From Propionibacteriaceae bacterium (lineage in GTDB: Bacteria; Actinomycetota; Actinomycetes; Propionibacteriales; Propionibacteriaceae), in NCBI GenBank assembly GCA_031256725.1, contig JAIRQE010000013.1:1-32000 (forward strand): 32,000 nucleotides of DNA, written 5' to 3'. The first letter of the stretch is position 1. Each line of letters begins with the position of its first letter. Below the pieces are notes generated by a model, which saw only the letters and a program-made list of their open reading frames with translations, did not search any database and was not told the origin of the DNA. Both the position numbers and the translations under genes were made by a program. Shown in pieces: positions 11,533-19,919 of the stretch.

Positions 11533-13277
11533 TGAGACTAAGAATTGTGACTGCCATGATCGTGGTTGCCTTCTTGGCCGGATGTAGTGGGATTCCAACG
11601 ACGGGTCCTGTGATCTCCGAGACTCGACGAAGCTCAGATTCGGGAGTTGGTGGCATCACTATTGTTCCCCAATCCCCGCCACAGGGGGCCTCACAAACCA
11701 TGATCATCCGTGGTTTCCTGACAGCCATGGCCTCCTTCGGTCTGGACTATGCCACAGCACGTGAATACCTCACCGAAGAGGCTGCTGCTGGGTGGTATCC
11801 GAAAGTCTCCGATGTGCTGATCTACGCCAGTGGTACGACCCCCAGGGTTTCGGGAACCCAGGTCACCATGTCAGCTCCAGTTATCGGTTTCCTACGTCCC
11901 GATGGTTCCTTTGTCGGCGCCGACGAGCCCATTTGGACCCATGACTTTGGCATGGTCAAAGAGGACAATGAGTGGCGTATCTCCACCCCCCCTGAGGGCT
12001 TGGCTCTATCGCAATACATGTTCAGTCAGTCCTTCATGAGAATCGACACCTATTTCTTCCCAGAGAATTCATCTGTTCTAGTACCCGATCCTCGCTATGT
12101 ACATCGAGGAGCCTGGGATCGTACATCGGCAGCCAACCTCGTCGTCAGTGGGCCATCTCGATGGCTGGAATCTATTATTGATACGTCCATACGTGAGGAG
12201 GTTCATCTCGCAGATGATGTGGTACTAGGGGACCTTCGTACTGCCGAAATCCCCCTATCTCCAGGGGCACTCAAATTATCCATAGAGGATGCGACCACCC
12301 TTGCTATAGAAATCGCGGCCACCATGAGGGAGTTGCCTGGGGTGGACAGGATTCGCCTTACATGCGAGGGCTCACCATTACCCCTGATGGGGGCCACAGC
12401 CGACAGATCAATCCCAGTCTCTGCTGCTCAGGCTTATGATCCTTCGGATAGTACTGGGCCGCGTCGTACCCTGTCGATGGTGAGAAATAACCTGGTTGCT
12501 ACTCTCGTGGATAACCAAGTCATCCCTGTTGAAGGGGACTGGGGTACGACTCCACGCCAGATCAGGTCCTTCGCAGTGAGCGAATCCATGACAGAGATCG
12601 CAGGAGTGGTTGATGACTCATTGCTTGTGGGGAAGATCCATGGTGATCCTCCAGCAGTGAGGATCCAAACAGCAGGTCTGCTCAGACCACACTATGATTC
12701 GCGAGGAAATCTTTGGGCCTTCGCCTCTCACGACGGCAGAAACACTCTATCAATGATCACACCGGATACCGTGGTCACCATCGATGCTTCGACCCTGAAT
12801 GGGATGGAGATCCGTGGGTTCCAAGTGGCTCCCGATGGTCATCGAATCCTCATGTTGAGGGAGGCTGATCAAGCCTCTGAAGGATCCCGAATGGAATTGG
12901 GGATTGCCATGATTGTTTACGAGCAGGAGGTACCTGCGGCGATCATCTCATGGAAACCTATTCGACTCACATGGGAGAGTTCCCCTATCCGATCCATCGT
13001 GGATATGGGATGGATGGGGCCATCCTCACTGGTCGTCTTGGGTAGTACAGGTGGCAGCCATCCAGGAGTCTTCTTCACCGATATAGACGGACTCGGGGTA
13101 GAAGAGTGGGGACAACCCCAAGCATGGGATTCAACGCAGATGGTGGTACGAGCTACTGATGCTGGCCCCCAGATCATCGTCTTGGATGTACAAGGGAGTG
13201 CATGGTTCTACCAAGACGGGTACCACTGGACTCGCCCTGAAACCGATGCTCTGACATCGGTTGCACTTCCTCCCTAA
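11529..13277 (+). CDS. lpqB: lipoprotein LpqB
   Basis: ATG 11529 overlaps the mtrB TGA (ATGA). Signal peptide with lipobox MMRLRIVTAMIVVAFLAGC. 582 aa, and the third gene of the conserved mtrA-mtrB-lpqB unit. Confidence 0.85.
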   Translation: MMRLRIVTAMIVVAFLAGCSGIPTTGPVISETRRSSDSGVGGITIVPQSPPQGASQTMIIRGFLTAMASFGLDYATAREYLTEEAAAGWYPKVSDVLIYASGTTPRVSGTQVTMSAPVIGFLRPDGSFVGADEPIWTHDFGMVKEDNEWRISTPPEGLALSQYMFSQSFMRIDTYFFPENSSVLVPDPRYVHRGAWDRTSAANLVVSGPSRWLESIIDTSIREEVHLADDVVLGDLRTAEIPLSPGALKLSIEDATTLAIEIAATMRELPGVDRIRLTCEGSPLPLMGATADRSIPVSAAQAYDPSDSTGPRRTLSMVRNNLVATLVDNQVIPVEGDWGTTPRQIRSFAVSESMTEIAGVVDDSLLVGKIHGDPPAVRIQTAGLLRPHYDSRGNLWAFASHDGRNTLSMITPDTVVTIDASTLNGMEIRGFQVAPDGHRILMLREADQASEGSRMELGIAMIVYEQEVPAAIISWKPIRLTWESSPIRSIVDMGWMGPSSLVVLGSTGGSHPGVFFTDIDGLGVEEWGQPQAWDSTQMVVRATDAGPQIIVLDVQGSAWFYQDGYHWTRPETDALTSVALPP

Positions 13278-13286
13278 GGATCTAGT

Positions 13287-13305
13287 GGATTTTCGAAGAA
13301 AATCC
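13287..13305 (+). repeat. perfect inverted repeat GGATTTTC-GAA-GAAAATCC (8-bp stem, 3-nt loop), 10 nt after the lpqB stop
   Basis: Read directly. No U-tract follows, so it is not a canonical intrinsic terminator. Confidence 0.6.
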
Positions 13306-13350
13306 TGGCAACTGTGACAGTTTTGCGGTAATCCCGTCATAGTCAATGAT

Positions 13351-14022
13351 GTGAACCTTGTTGATGCGGCAGCAGACCTTCTCCTATGTGGGGTCTGTCC
13401 TGGATGCGAATTGCCCGGATCCAGGATTTGCCACCGATGTACCTCCACCATCATGGCTGGCCGGGTGGGTCCCCACACTCGTCATGGAATTGATCTACCA
13501 CTGTGGTCCGCTGGAGCCTATGTCGCTCCTGTGACTCGGGTGATCTCCCAGGCCAAGGACCACCATCGTTGGGACGGAATCACCTTATTGGGTTTCCGGC
13601 TCGCTCTGGCAGTGGCTGGCCTGGTTGACCATTGTCAACCATGTGGGCCTGGGATTCTTGTGCCAATTCCGTCAACCCCTTCAGCAGTACGAGAGCGCGG
13701 ACTGGATTTCACGTACCGCCTGGCTGTGACCTCGACTCGTGTTCTGAGAAGAGCAGGATTGAGTCTGTCGGTTGTCCGAGCACTCAAGCATGGACGCAAG
13801 GTTTCAGATCAAGGAAGTTTGACCACCGAACAGAGGCACCGCAATCTTCACGGGTCACTTGAAGCTAAAGAGGTGAACTCTAGTGGGTGGATCGTTGTGG
13901 TTGACGATGTGGTTACGACCGGAGCCAGCCTCGCTGAAGGCATTCGAGCTTTGGGGGTACAAGGAAGAACTCCTCTAGGATTGGCGACTATTGCTGCGAC
14001 CTCGTTGAGATCTGCGATCTAG
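13351..14022 (+). CDS. ComF-family phosphoribosyltransferase-domain protein
   Basis: GTG start at 13351. N-terminal Cys cluster CGVCPGC..ICHRC and C-terminal PRTase motif VVVDDVVTTGASL. It sits directly after lpqB, as in other actinobacteria. Confidence 0.75.
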   Translation: MNLVDAAADLLLCGVCPGCELPGSRICHRCTSTIMAGRVGPHTRHGIDLPLWSAGAYVAPVTRVISQAKDHHRWDGITLLGFRLALAVAGLVDHCQPCGPGILVPIPSTPSAVRERGLDFTYRLAVTSTRVLRRAGLSLSVVRALKHGRKVSDQGSLTTEQRHRNLHGSLEAKEVNSSGWIVVVDDVVTTGASLAEGIRALGVQGRTPLGLATIAATSLRSAI

Positions 14023-14099
14023 TCATCCCGATCCGTGGACACTGGTTACGTAGGAAACAACGAAAAATGTAGTGGAAACCATGGCGCATCTTCCGATTT

Positions 14100-14128
14100 T
14101 TGACAGCTCAGGCTAACCTAGGCATATC
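14100..14128 (+). promoter_or_regulatory. candidate promoter for hpf: TTGACA (14100-14105), 17 nt spacer, CATATC (14123-14128)
   Basis: Perfect -35 hexamer with a weak -10, about 35 nt upstream of the hpf start codon. Sequence inspection only. Confidence 0.3.
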
Positions 14129-14162
14129 CCCAATACGGGGGCTCACAATTGAAGGAGGAATC

Positions 14163-14765
14163 ATGGACGTCACCATTACCGGCCGAAGGATTCAGGTTAC
14201 TGATAGCTTTCGAGAACAGGTTGCAAGGAGGATGGCAGAGTTAGATTCCCGAGTCGACAAGGTTATCCGCGCTGAAATACACGCCCAAGCTGAGGCCCGT
14301 GGATCGGGTGAAGTGGTACGAGTCGAGATCACACTGATTGGAAAGGGCCCAGTTGTCAGGGCTGAAGCGATCGCTGACGAGAAGTCCCAAGCCTTCGACG
14401 AGGCCTTTGATCATCTCAAGACCCGTTTACGTAAGGCTCAAGATCGCAGGCGTACCCATCGCAACCTTCGCAAAGTAGGATTTACTGAACCTGCTCTTGA
14501 AGTACTCCCACCAGTTGAACCAACAGAACCACCGATTGCTGTGAAGAAAGTCGGTGGCCTGGAAATCCAAGGCGACGGCCCTATGGTCGTACGTGAGAAG
14601 CTCTTCTGCTCCACAGCGCTTACTCTTGCTCAAGCCCTAGACGAGATGGAATTAGTCGGACATGACTTCTTCCTCTATGTTGATGCTGACACTAAATTGC
14701 CCTCTGTGGTTTACCGTCGTAAGGCCTACGATTATGGTGTGATACATCTCAAAATTATCGAGTGA
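14163..14765 (+). CDS. hpf: long-form ribosome hibernation promoting factor
   Basis: ATG 14163 lies 4 nt after GAAGGAGG (14151-14158). MDVTITGRRIQVTDSFREQV is an HPF/RaiA N-domain. A C-terminal extension ends in VVYRRKAYDYGVIHL. The track ORF starts at TTG 14100. Confidence 0.85.
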   Translation: MDVTITGRRIQVTDSFREQVARRMAELDSRVDKVIRAEIHAQAEARGSGEVVRVEITLIGKGPVVRAEAIADEKSQAFDEAFDHLKTRLRKAQDRRRTHRNLRKVGFTEPALEVLPPVEPTEPPIAVKKVGGLEIQGDGPMVVREKLFCSTALTLAQALDEMELVGHDFFLYVDADTKLPSVVYRRKAYDYGVIHLKIIE

Positions 14766-14831
14766 GCCAGTGCTTGACCTTTCCATGGGTGAAGCCAAAT
14801 TGGTTTAACCTGCTCACTACTGGTGAGTAGG

Positions 14832-14891
14832 GGCGACAAGTCAATAAGGAATCGGGCAGAATAGTCTATGTGCGCGGCCAGGTTTGTCGCC
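14832..14891 (+). promoter_or_regulatory. thrS leader long-range stem (14832-14842 pairs with 14881-14891), ending 6 nt before the SD
   Basis: GGCGACAAGTC pairs with GGTTTGTCGCC: 8 Watson-Crick pairs, 2 GU and 1 GC. A local hairpin lies at 14813-14827. Confidence 0.3.
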
Positions 14892-14907
14892 GCTGGAAAG
14901 GAGCCCC

Positions 14908-16902
14908 ATGTCCATCTCTATCGTCCTTGCCCAAGGAAGTGACCAAGTACGACAGGTGGTGGATGAGGGTACTACCGGCCTGAACCTCTACGGCGACGAC
15001 CGTTCAGTCGTTGCCATGCGCCTAAATGGAACAACTGTCGACCTTGCTACCCCCCTTAGCGAGGGTGACCTGGCTGAACCTGTGGCAGCCACCAGTGAGG
15101 AAGGGCTATCGATCATTCGACACTCGGCTGCCCATGTGACAGCCCAAGCTCTTCAACAGATCTTTGTGGATGCCAAGCTAGGAATCGGACCTCCGATTAC
15201 CGATGGCTTCTACTATGACTTCCGTGTAGATCCGCTCACTCCAGAGGATCTCAAGGCCATCGAAAAAGGTATGGTTAAAATCATCAAAGAGCGGCAGAAA
15301 TTTGTACGACGTGTGGTTACTGAGGAAGAGGCCTTCCTGGAGGAAGCAGGCGAACCCTATAAGCTGGAACTCATCCGTGACAAGGGTAATGCTGGAGATG
15401 AGGAAGGTGCCTCAGTTGAGGTGGGCGGCTCAGAACTCACCATCTATGACAATGTGCGCCGCGACGGGACCGTTGCCTGGAAGGACCTCTGTCGTGGACC
15501 TCACGTTCCCCATACTGGCTACATCACAGCTGTGGCTCTCACAAAGACCTCTGCGGCTTATTGGCGGGGCAACCAGAAGAATGACACCCTTCAGAGAGTT
15601 TATGGAACAGCGTGGGCTTCCAAAGAGGATCTCGTCGCCTATCAGACCCGTATGGAGGAGGCTGCAAAAAGGGACCATCGCAAACTCGGTACTGAGTTAG
15701 ATCTTTTCAGTTTTCCAGAAGAGATTGGTCCAGGACTGTCAGTCTTCCATCCTAAGGGCGGAATCATCCGTATGGAGATGGAACAGTACTCCCGCCAGCG
15801 CCATGTGGAGGCTGGTTATAGCTTCGTGAACACCCCACATATCACCAAGGGGCGACTTTTTGAGATCTCTCAGCATCTGGCGTGGTACGAAGATGGGATG
15901 TACCCACCCATGCGTATGGATGAGGAACTCAACGAGGATGGGACCATCAAACGGCAGGGGCAGGATTATTACCTTAAGCCCATGAATTGCCCCATGCATA
16001 ACCTCATTTTCCGTTCCCGTCAGCGCAGCTATAGGGAACTTCCGCTCAGGCTTTTCGAGTTTGGTACCGTCTACCGCTATGAGAAGTCTGGTGTGGTTCA
16101 GGGGATGTTGAGGGCGCGCGGCTTCACCCAGGATGATGCGCACATCTATTGCACTCGTGAACAGATGAAAGATGAGTTGGCCTCATTGCTCAAGTTTGTT
16201 CTAGATCTCCTGCGTGACTACGGATTTGATGACTTCTACCTGGAATTATCAACCAAGAATCCCGAGAAATGTGTTGGTGATGATGAGGTATGGGAGGCTG
16301 CAACCGAGACCCTACGTCAGGTTGGTGAAGAATCTGGTTTGACCCTCATTCCAGATCCAGGCGGAGCCGCCTTCTATGGCCCGAAGATCTCCGTTCAAGT
16401 CAAGGATGCCATTGGGAGAACCTGGCAGATTTCCACGATTCAGTTGGATTTCAACCTCCCAGAGCTTTTCGAATTGGAGTACACCGCATCCGATGGTTCC
16501 CATCAACGACCAGTCATGATTCACCGAGCACTCTTCGGTTCCATGGAAAGATTCTTTGCAGTACTGACAGAGCATTATGCGGGTGCTTATCCGGCGTGGC
16601 TGAGTCCAGTACAGGCCATAGGGATTCCAGTTGCAGCCGATTTCAATGAGTACCTCGGTGGTATCATGGATACCTTGAAGGCTCGTGGAGTACGAGTGGA
16701 ATTGGACGATTCTGAAGACCGGATGCAGAAGAAGATCCGTAATGCGACACGGTCGAAGGTGCCTTTTATTCTTATTGCTGGTGGCGAAGATGAGGCTAAA
16801 GGGGCTGTTTCCTTCCGCTACCGTGATGGAACACAAAAAAATGGAATCCCCATCCGAGAAGCGATCGACGAGATCATCCAAACCATTGCTGAGAGGAAGT
16901 AA
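14908..16902 (+). CDS. thrS: threonine--tRNA ligase
   Basis: ATG 14908 lies 4 nt after AAGGAG (14898-14903). Motifs: [44 protein letters not shown]. 664 aa from this start. Confidence 0.95.
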   Translation: MSISIVLAQGSDQVRQVVDEGTTGLNLYGDDRSVVAMRLNGTTVDLATPLSEGDLAEPVAATSEEGLSIIRHSAAHVTAQALQQIFVDAKLGIGPPITDGFYYDFRVDPLTPEDLKAIEKGMVKIIKERQKFVRRVVTEEEAFLEEAGEPYKLELIRDKGNAGDEEGASVEVGGSELTIYDNVRRDGTVAWKDLCRGPHVPHTGYITAVALTKTSAAYWRGNQKNDTLQRVYGTAWASKEDLVAYQTRMEEAAKRDHRKLGTELDLFSFPEEIGPGLSVFHPKGGIIRMEMEQYSRQRHVEAGYSFVNTPHITKGRLFEISQHLAWYEDGMYPPMRMDEELNEDGTIKRQGQDYYLKPMNCPMHNLIFRSRQRSYRELPLRLFEFGTVYRYEKSGVVQGMLRARGFTQDDAHIYCTREQMKDELASLLKFVLDLLRDYGFDDFYLELSTKNPEKCVGDDEVWEAATETLRQVGEESGLTLIPDPGGAAFYGPKISVQVKDAIGRTWQISTIQLDFNLPELFELEYTASDGSHQRPVMIHRALFGSMERFFAVLTEHYAGAYPAWLSPVQAIGIPVAADFNEYLGGIMDTLKARGVRVELDDSEDRMQKKIRNATRSKVPFILIAGGEDEAKGAVSFRYRDGTQKNGIPIREAIDEIIQTIAERK

Positions 16903-16904
16903 TA

Positions 16905-17444
16905 GTGGATTTCGTTGACACTCAACCTGGAGGCAATTTCGCTGGGGCCCGGGATGGTATGGAGAGACTGTGGACTCCGCATCGCATGGCTTACGTCGAG
17001 TCACTAGCCTCTGATGATAACTCCTGCCCTTTCTGTAGTGGACCAACTCGCGAGGATGCCGATGCTTTGATTGTCGCGCGGGGTGCAACCTGCTTCGCTG
17101 TGCTGAATCTTTATCCCTATAACCCTGGACATTTGCTGATCTGTCCCTATCGCCATGTGGGCTACTACACTGATCTGAACGATGATGAGGTGATCGAGGT
17201 GGCCAAGATGACTCAGGAAGCCATGCATACTCTTCGGCGAGCCTCAGATCCCGCGGGTTTCAATATTGGGATCAATCAAGGGGGGCGTGCAGGGGCAGGA
17301 ATCGCTGACCACTTCCATCAACATGTGGTACCACGGTGGTCGGGTGATGCGAACTTCTTTCCGATCATTGCCCAAACCAAAGCGCTGCCTCAACTTCTTG
17401 GTGAGACTCGTCAAATCCTTGTAGATCAGTGGGGTGCCCAGTGA
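16905..17444 (+). CDS. HIT-family nucleotide hydrolase/phosphorylase (Rv2613c-like position)
   Basis: GTG 16905 lies 2 nt after the thrS TAA. Histidine triad HFHQHVVPRW and NLYPYNPGHLLI are present. It lies between thrS and pgsA, as in mycobacteria. Confidence 0.8.
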   Translation: MDFVDTQPGGNFAGARDGMERLWTPHRMAYVESLASDDNSCPFCSGPTREDADALIVARGATCFAVLNLYPYNPGHLLICPYRHVGYYTDLNDDEVIEVAKMTQEAMHTLRRASDPAGFNIGINQGGRAGAGIADHFHQHVVPRWSGDANFFPIIAQTKALPQLLGETRQILVDQWGAQ

Positions 17445-18085
17445 TAAGGAATCGATCTGCAGCTGAGACCCCTATGGTCCCCACCGAAACAACTCCCCGC
17501 TATGACACCACACGCATCCTGACGGTACCAAATATCCTGAGTTTTATTCGATTGGCAGGAATCCCAGTATTCCTATGGTTTCTTTTGGGGCCGAAAGCCG
17601 ATGTACTGGCCATCTTGGTGCTTGTTATCGCAGGGATCACGGACTTCTTCGATGGCTATCTCGCTCGTACCTGGAAACAAGTCTCGCGAGTAGGTCAGGT
17701 CCTTGATCCCATTGCAGATCGACTCTATATCTTGGCCATCATCCTTGGATTAGCGATGAGGGATGTTTTGCCCTGGGCCTTGGTTGTGGTTCTTATTGCC
17801 CGAGATGTCATGTTGGCAACCTTGATCCCATCCCTGCGAGCCAGAGGGTACGCCTCCCTGCCTGTTCATTTCTTGGGCAAGATCGCTACCTTCTGTCTTC
17901 TTTATGCCTTCCCCTTTGTTCTCTTAGGGGAGCAGGTCATTACTGGAGCCCAAATCTTTGGGGCTCTGGGATGGGCAGTAGTCTTATGGGGGACCTTTTT
18001 CTACTGGTGGGCCGGTATCCTATACATGTACCAAGGTGTGTGGTTTATTCGCAGGACACCAGTTTTCCGTCCCGCGAATAACTAA
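17441..18085 (+). CDS. pgsA: CDP-alcohol phosphatidyltransferase (PgsA1 / phosphatidylinositol-phosphate synthase-like)
   Basis: CDP-alcohol motif DFFDGYLARTWKQVSRVGQVLDPIADR and multiple TM helices. Start candidates are GTG 17429, GTG 17441 (GTGA overlap with the HIT stop) and ATG 17474. Confidence 0.8.
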   Translation: MIRNRSAAETPMVPTETTPRYDTTRILTVPNILSFIRLAGIPVFLWFLLGPKADVLAILVLVIAGITDFFDGYLARTWKQVSRVGQVLDPIADRLYILAIILGLAMRDVLPWALVVVLIARDVMLATLIPSLRARGYASLPVHFLGKIATFCLLYAFPFVLLGEQVITGAQIFGALGWAVVLWGTFFYWWAGILYMYQGVWFIRRTPVFRPANN

Positions 18086-18163
18086 CACGCTTAGTAGAGG
18101 TGCAAACAGGCGAGCTCAGATGCGCAAGAATGTGAACTGAGCCTCAGTAACCAAGGAGGAGCA

Positions 18164-18547
18164 ATGGCTGACTATCCAGAGGATCTGGGATATACCAAGG
18201 ATCATGAATGGGTGAAGACTGGAAACGACACGGTTGTTCGTGTAGGAGTCACCGCCTATGCTGTCGAGGCTATGGGGGAGATCTCGTACATCTCCTTGCC
18301 CGAAGTGGGAGCCGAGATTGCTGCAGGGGACTCTGTTGCTGAAATTGAGACAACCAAAGCGGTCGAAGATGTTTTCGCCCCTGTTTCTGGTGTGATCTGT
18401 CATGTCAATAAAGAGTTGGATGGATCCCCTCAACTCGTTAACGAAGATCCTTATGGCGCTGGGTGGATTTTTGAGATTCAACTTGCCGAAACCTCGCAAC
18501 TTGATAACTTACTCGACTCTGGCGCGTATACTAGTCAACTCGACTAA
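18164..18547 (+). CDS. gcvH: glycine cleavage system H protein
   Basis: AAGGAGG at 18153-18159 precedes ATG 18164. Lipoyl-lysine context VAEIETTKAVEDV. 127 aa. Confidence 0.9.
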   Translation: MADYPEDLGYTKDHEWVKTGNDTVVRVGVTAYAVEAMGEISYISLPEVGAEIAAGDSVAEIETTKAVEDVFAPVSGVICHVNKELDGSPQLVNEDPYGAGWIFEIQLAETSQLDNLLDSGAYTSQLD

Positions 18548-18584
18548 CCCTTGGTAGCCACGCGCCCATACCGAAGGAGTGCCC

Positions 18585-19070
18585 ATGATTACTTGCCCCG
18601 TATGTGGGTTCGAGATGACCGACGATGCTCGGTTTTGCTCGCATTGTGGCGAGAGAGTTTACGTGGGGGAGTCCACTACCACGATGCCTATTGTGGATGA
18701 CACGACCCTGACTAATGAACTCAACAGTGACGATATTGCTGCCATTGAAGCGCTTCCTGTCGGTTCTGCTCTTCTTGTGGTCATGAAGGGGCCTGGAGTG
18801 GGAGCACGGTACCTTCTTGACCAGGATCGCAGTGTGGCTGGACGAAGCCCTGACTCGGATATCTTCCTTGACGATGTCACTGTGTCACGGGCGCATGTTG
18901 GATTCACGAGGGACCAGGGTTCAATACTTATTGAAGATCTCGGATCACTCAATGGTACCTATGTGAATCGGGAACTGCTCAAGGATTCGCAAATCCTCCG
19001 CAGCGGTGATGAGGTTCAAATCGGCAAGTACAAGATGATCATCTTCATCGGATCATCTGGGACCGAATAA
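18585..19070 (+). CDS. garA: GarA/OdhI-type FHA-domain regulator with an N-terminal CxxC-x10-CxxC zinc ribbon
   Basis: ATG 18585 lies 5 nt after GAAGGAG (18573-18579). The FHA core LPVGSALLVVMKGPGVGARYLLDQ..AGRSPDSDIFLDDVTVSRAHV..GSLNGTYVNRE..GDEVQIGKYK is nearly colinear with GarA as I recall it. A Thr cluster GESTTTMP sits upstream of the FHA domain. The gene follows gcvH, as in the conserved synteny. Confidence 0.8.
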   Translation: MITCPVCGFEMTDDARFCSHCGERVYVGESTTTMPIVDDTTLTNELNSDDIAAIEALPVGSALLVVMKGPGVGARYLLDQDRSVAGRSPDSDIFLDDVTVSRAHVGFTRDQGSILIEDLGSLNGTYVNRELLKDSQILRSGDEVQIGKYKMIIFIGSSGTE

Positions 19071-19747
19071 TGACGAGTCCGGGACTCGCTATAGGGAAGG
19101 TCCTGAGCCTGCTCAAGGCCGAGTACCCGGATGTTTCCATCTCTAAGATTCGTTTCCTGGAGGCCGAAGGCCTCCTTGATCCTGAGCGAGCTCCCTCAGG
19201 GTTCAGGAAATACTCCAAGGAAGACATTGAGCGTCTGCGCTATATCTTGAATGCTCAAAAGAACAATTATCTTCCTCTCAAAGTCATCCGAGAGAACCTT
19301 GAACTCATTGATCAAGGTATTGAGCCTGCCGCCCCAGAGCCTCTGGAGCCACCCAAACCAGTCTCCCATGAACAATCAGTGGGTGGCCAGCATCCTCCGA
19401 TTCGTCTTAGTCGGGAGGAACTTCTAAGCCGTACGGGCCTACCTGAAGCCAGTCTGATTGAATTGGAGAGGCAGGGGATCATCCGACTACGCCGTGGTAC
19501 CTCCTTCTATGGCTGGGAGGCTTTAACCTTGGCTAAGGTCGCGGTCACCCTGGCTCCTCTAGGGATTGAAGCACGCCAACTGAGGGTGCTGAAATCTGCC
19601 GCAGATAGGGAAGTGGAACTCATCCTTTTGGCTGCCGCTTCCTATGCACGACGTCCAGAGATTGCCCGCAGGGCAACCCTAGAAATTGCTGAGGTTGTGG
19701 TCCAAGCCCATGCAGCTCTCTTACAGGTTGGTTTGGACCATTCTTAA
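19070..19747 (+). CDS. ftsR: MerR-family regulator (FtsR / Rv1828-like)
   Basis: ATG 19070 overlaps the garA TAA by 1 nt (TAATG). The N-terminal MerR HTH is IGKVLSLLKAEYPDVSISKIRFLEAEGLLDPERAPSGFRKYSKEDIERLRYIL. It sits directly after garA/odhI. Confidence 0.75.
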   Translation: MTSPGLAIGKVLSLLKAEYPDVSISKIRFLEAEGLLDPERAPSGFRKYSKEDIERLRYILNAQKNNYLPLKVIRENLELIDQGIEPAAPEPLEPPKPVSHEQSVGGQHPPIRLSREELLSRTGLPEASLIELERQGIIRLRRGTSFYGWEALTLAKVAVTLAPLGIEARQLRVLKSAADREVELILLAAASYARRPEIARRATLEIAEVVVQAHAALLQVGLDHS

Positions 19748-19919
19748 GATCAATCTTCAGTGATGGTTGAGAGTTTTTGAGGATCGAACCTCGACATAAT
19801 GCCTTGAAAATCGGTGTTTGACTCTGCGATTGAGGGATTTTATCGCCACGCCGTATTCTCTATCCATCGTTGAATCCAGCCAGGTTCTCGCATAGCGTTG
19901 TTTCACAGAAAGGCGGGTC

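Noticed and set aside
14766-14907. T-box riboswitch upstream of thrS
   Set aside because: The leader is only 142 nt. I find no T-box consensus (..GGTGGTACCGCG-like) and no specifier-loop architecture.
16312-17088. 258-aa ORF on the minus strand
   Set aside because: It lies entirely antisense to the well-supported thrS 3' end and the HIT gene. The translation has no motifs and an odd composition (many R/H/C/W). It is a typical shadow ORF.
19779-19792. tRNA T-arm-like GAGGTTCGATCCTC on the minus strand
   Set aside because: The flanks do not fold into a cloverleaf. The T stem reaches only 4 bp with a 6-nt loop. There is no acceptor stem, no correctly spaced CCA, no D-arm GG and no anticodon arm. 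At best it is a relic, and I do not call it a tRNA.
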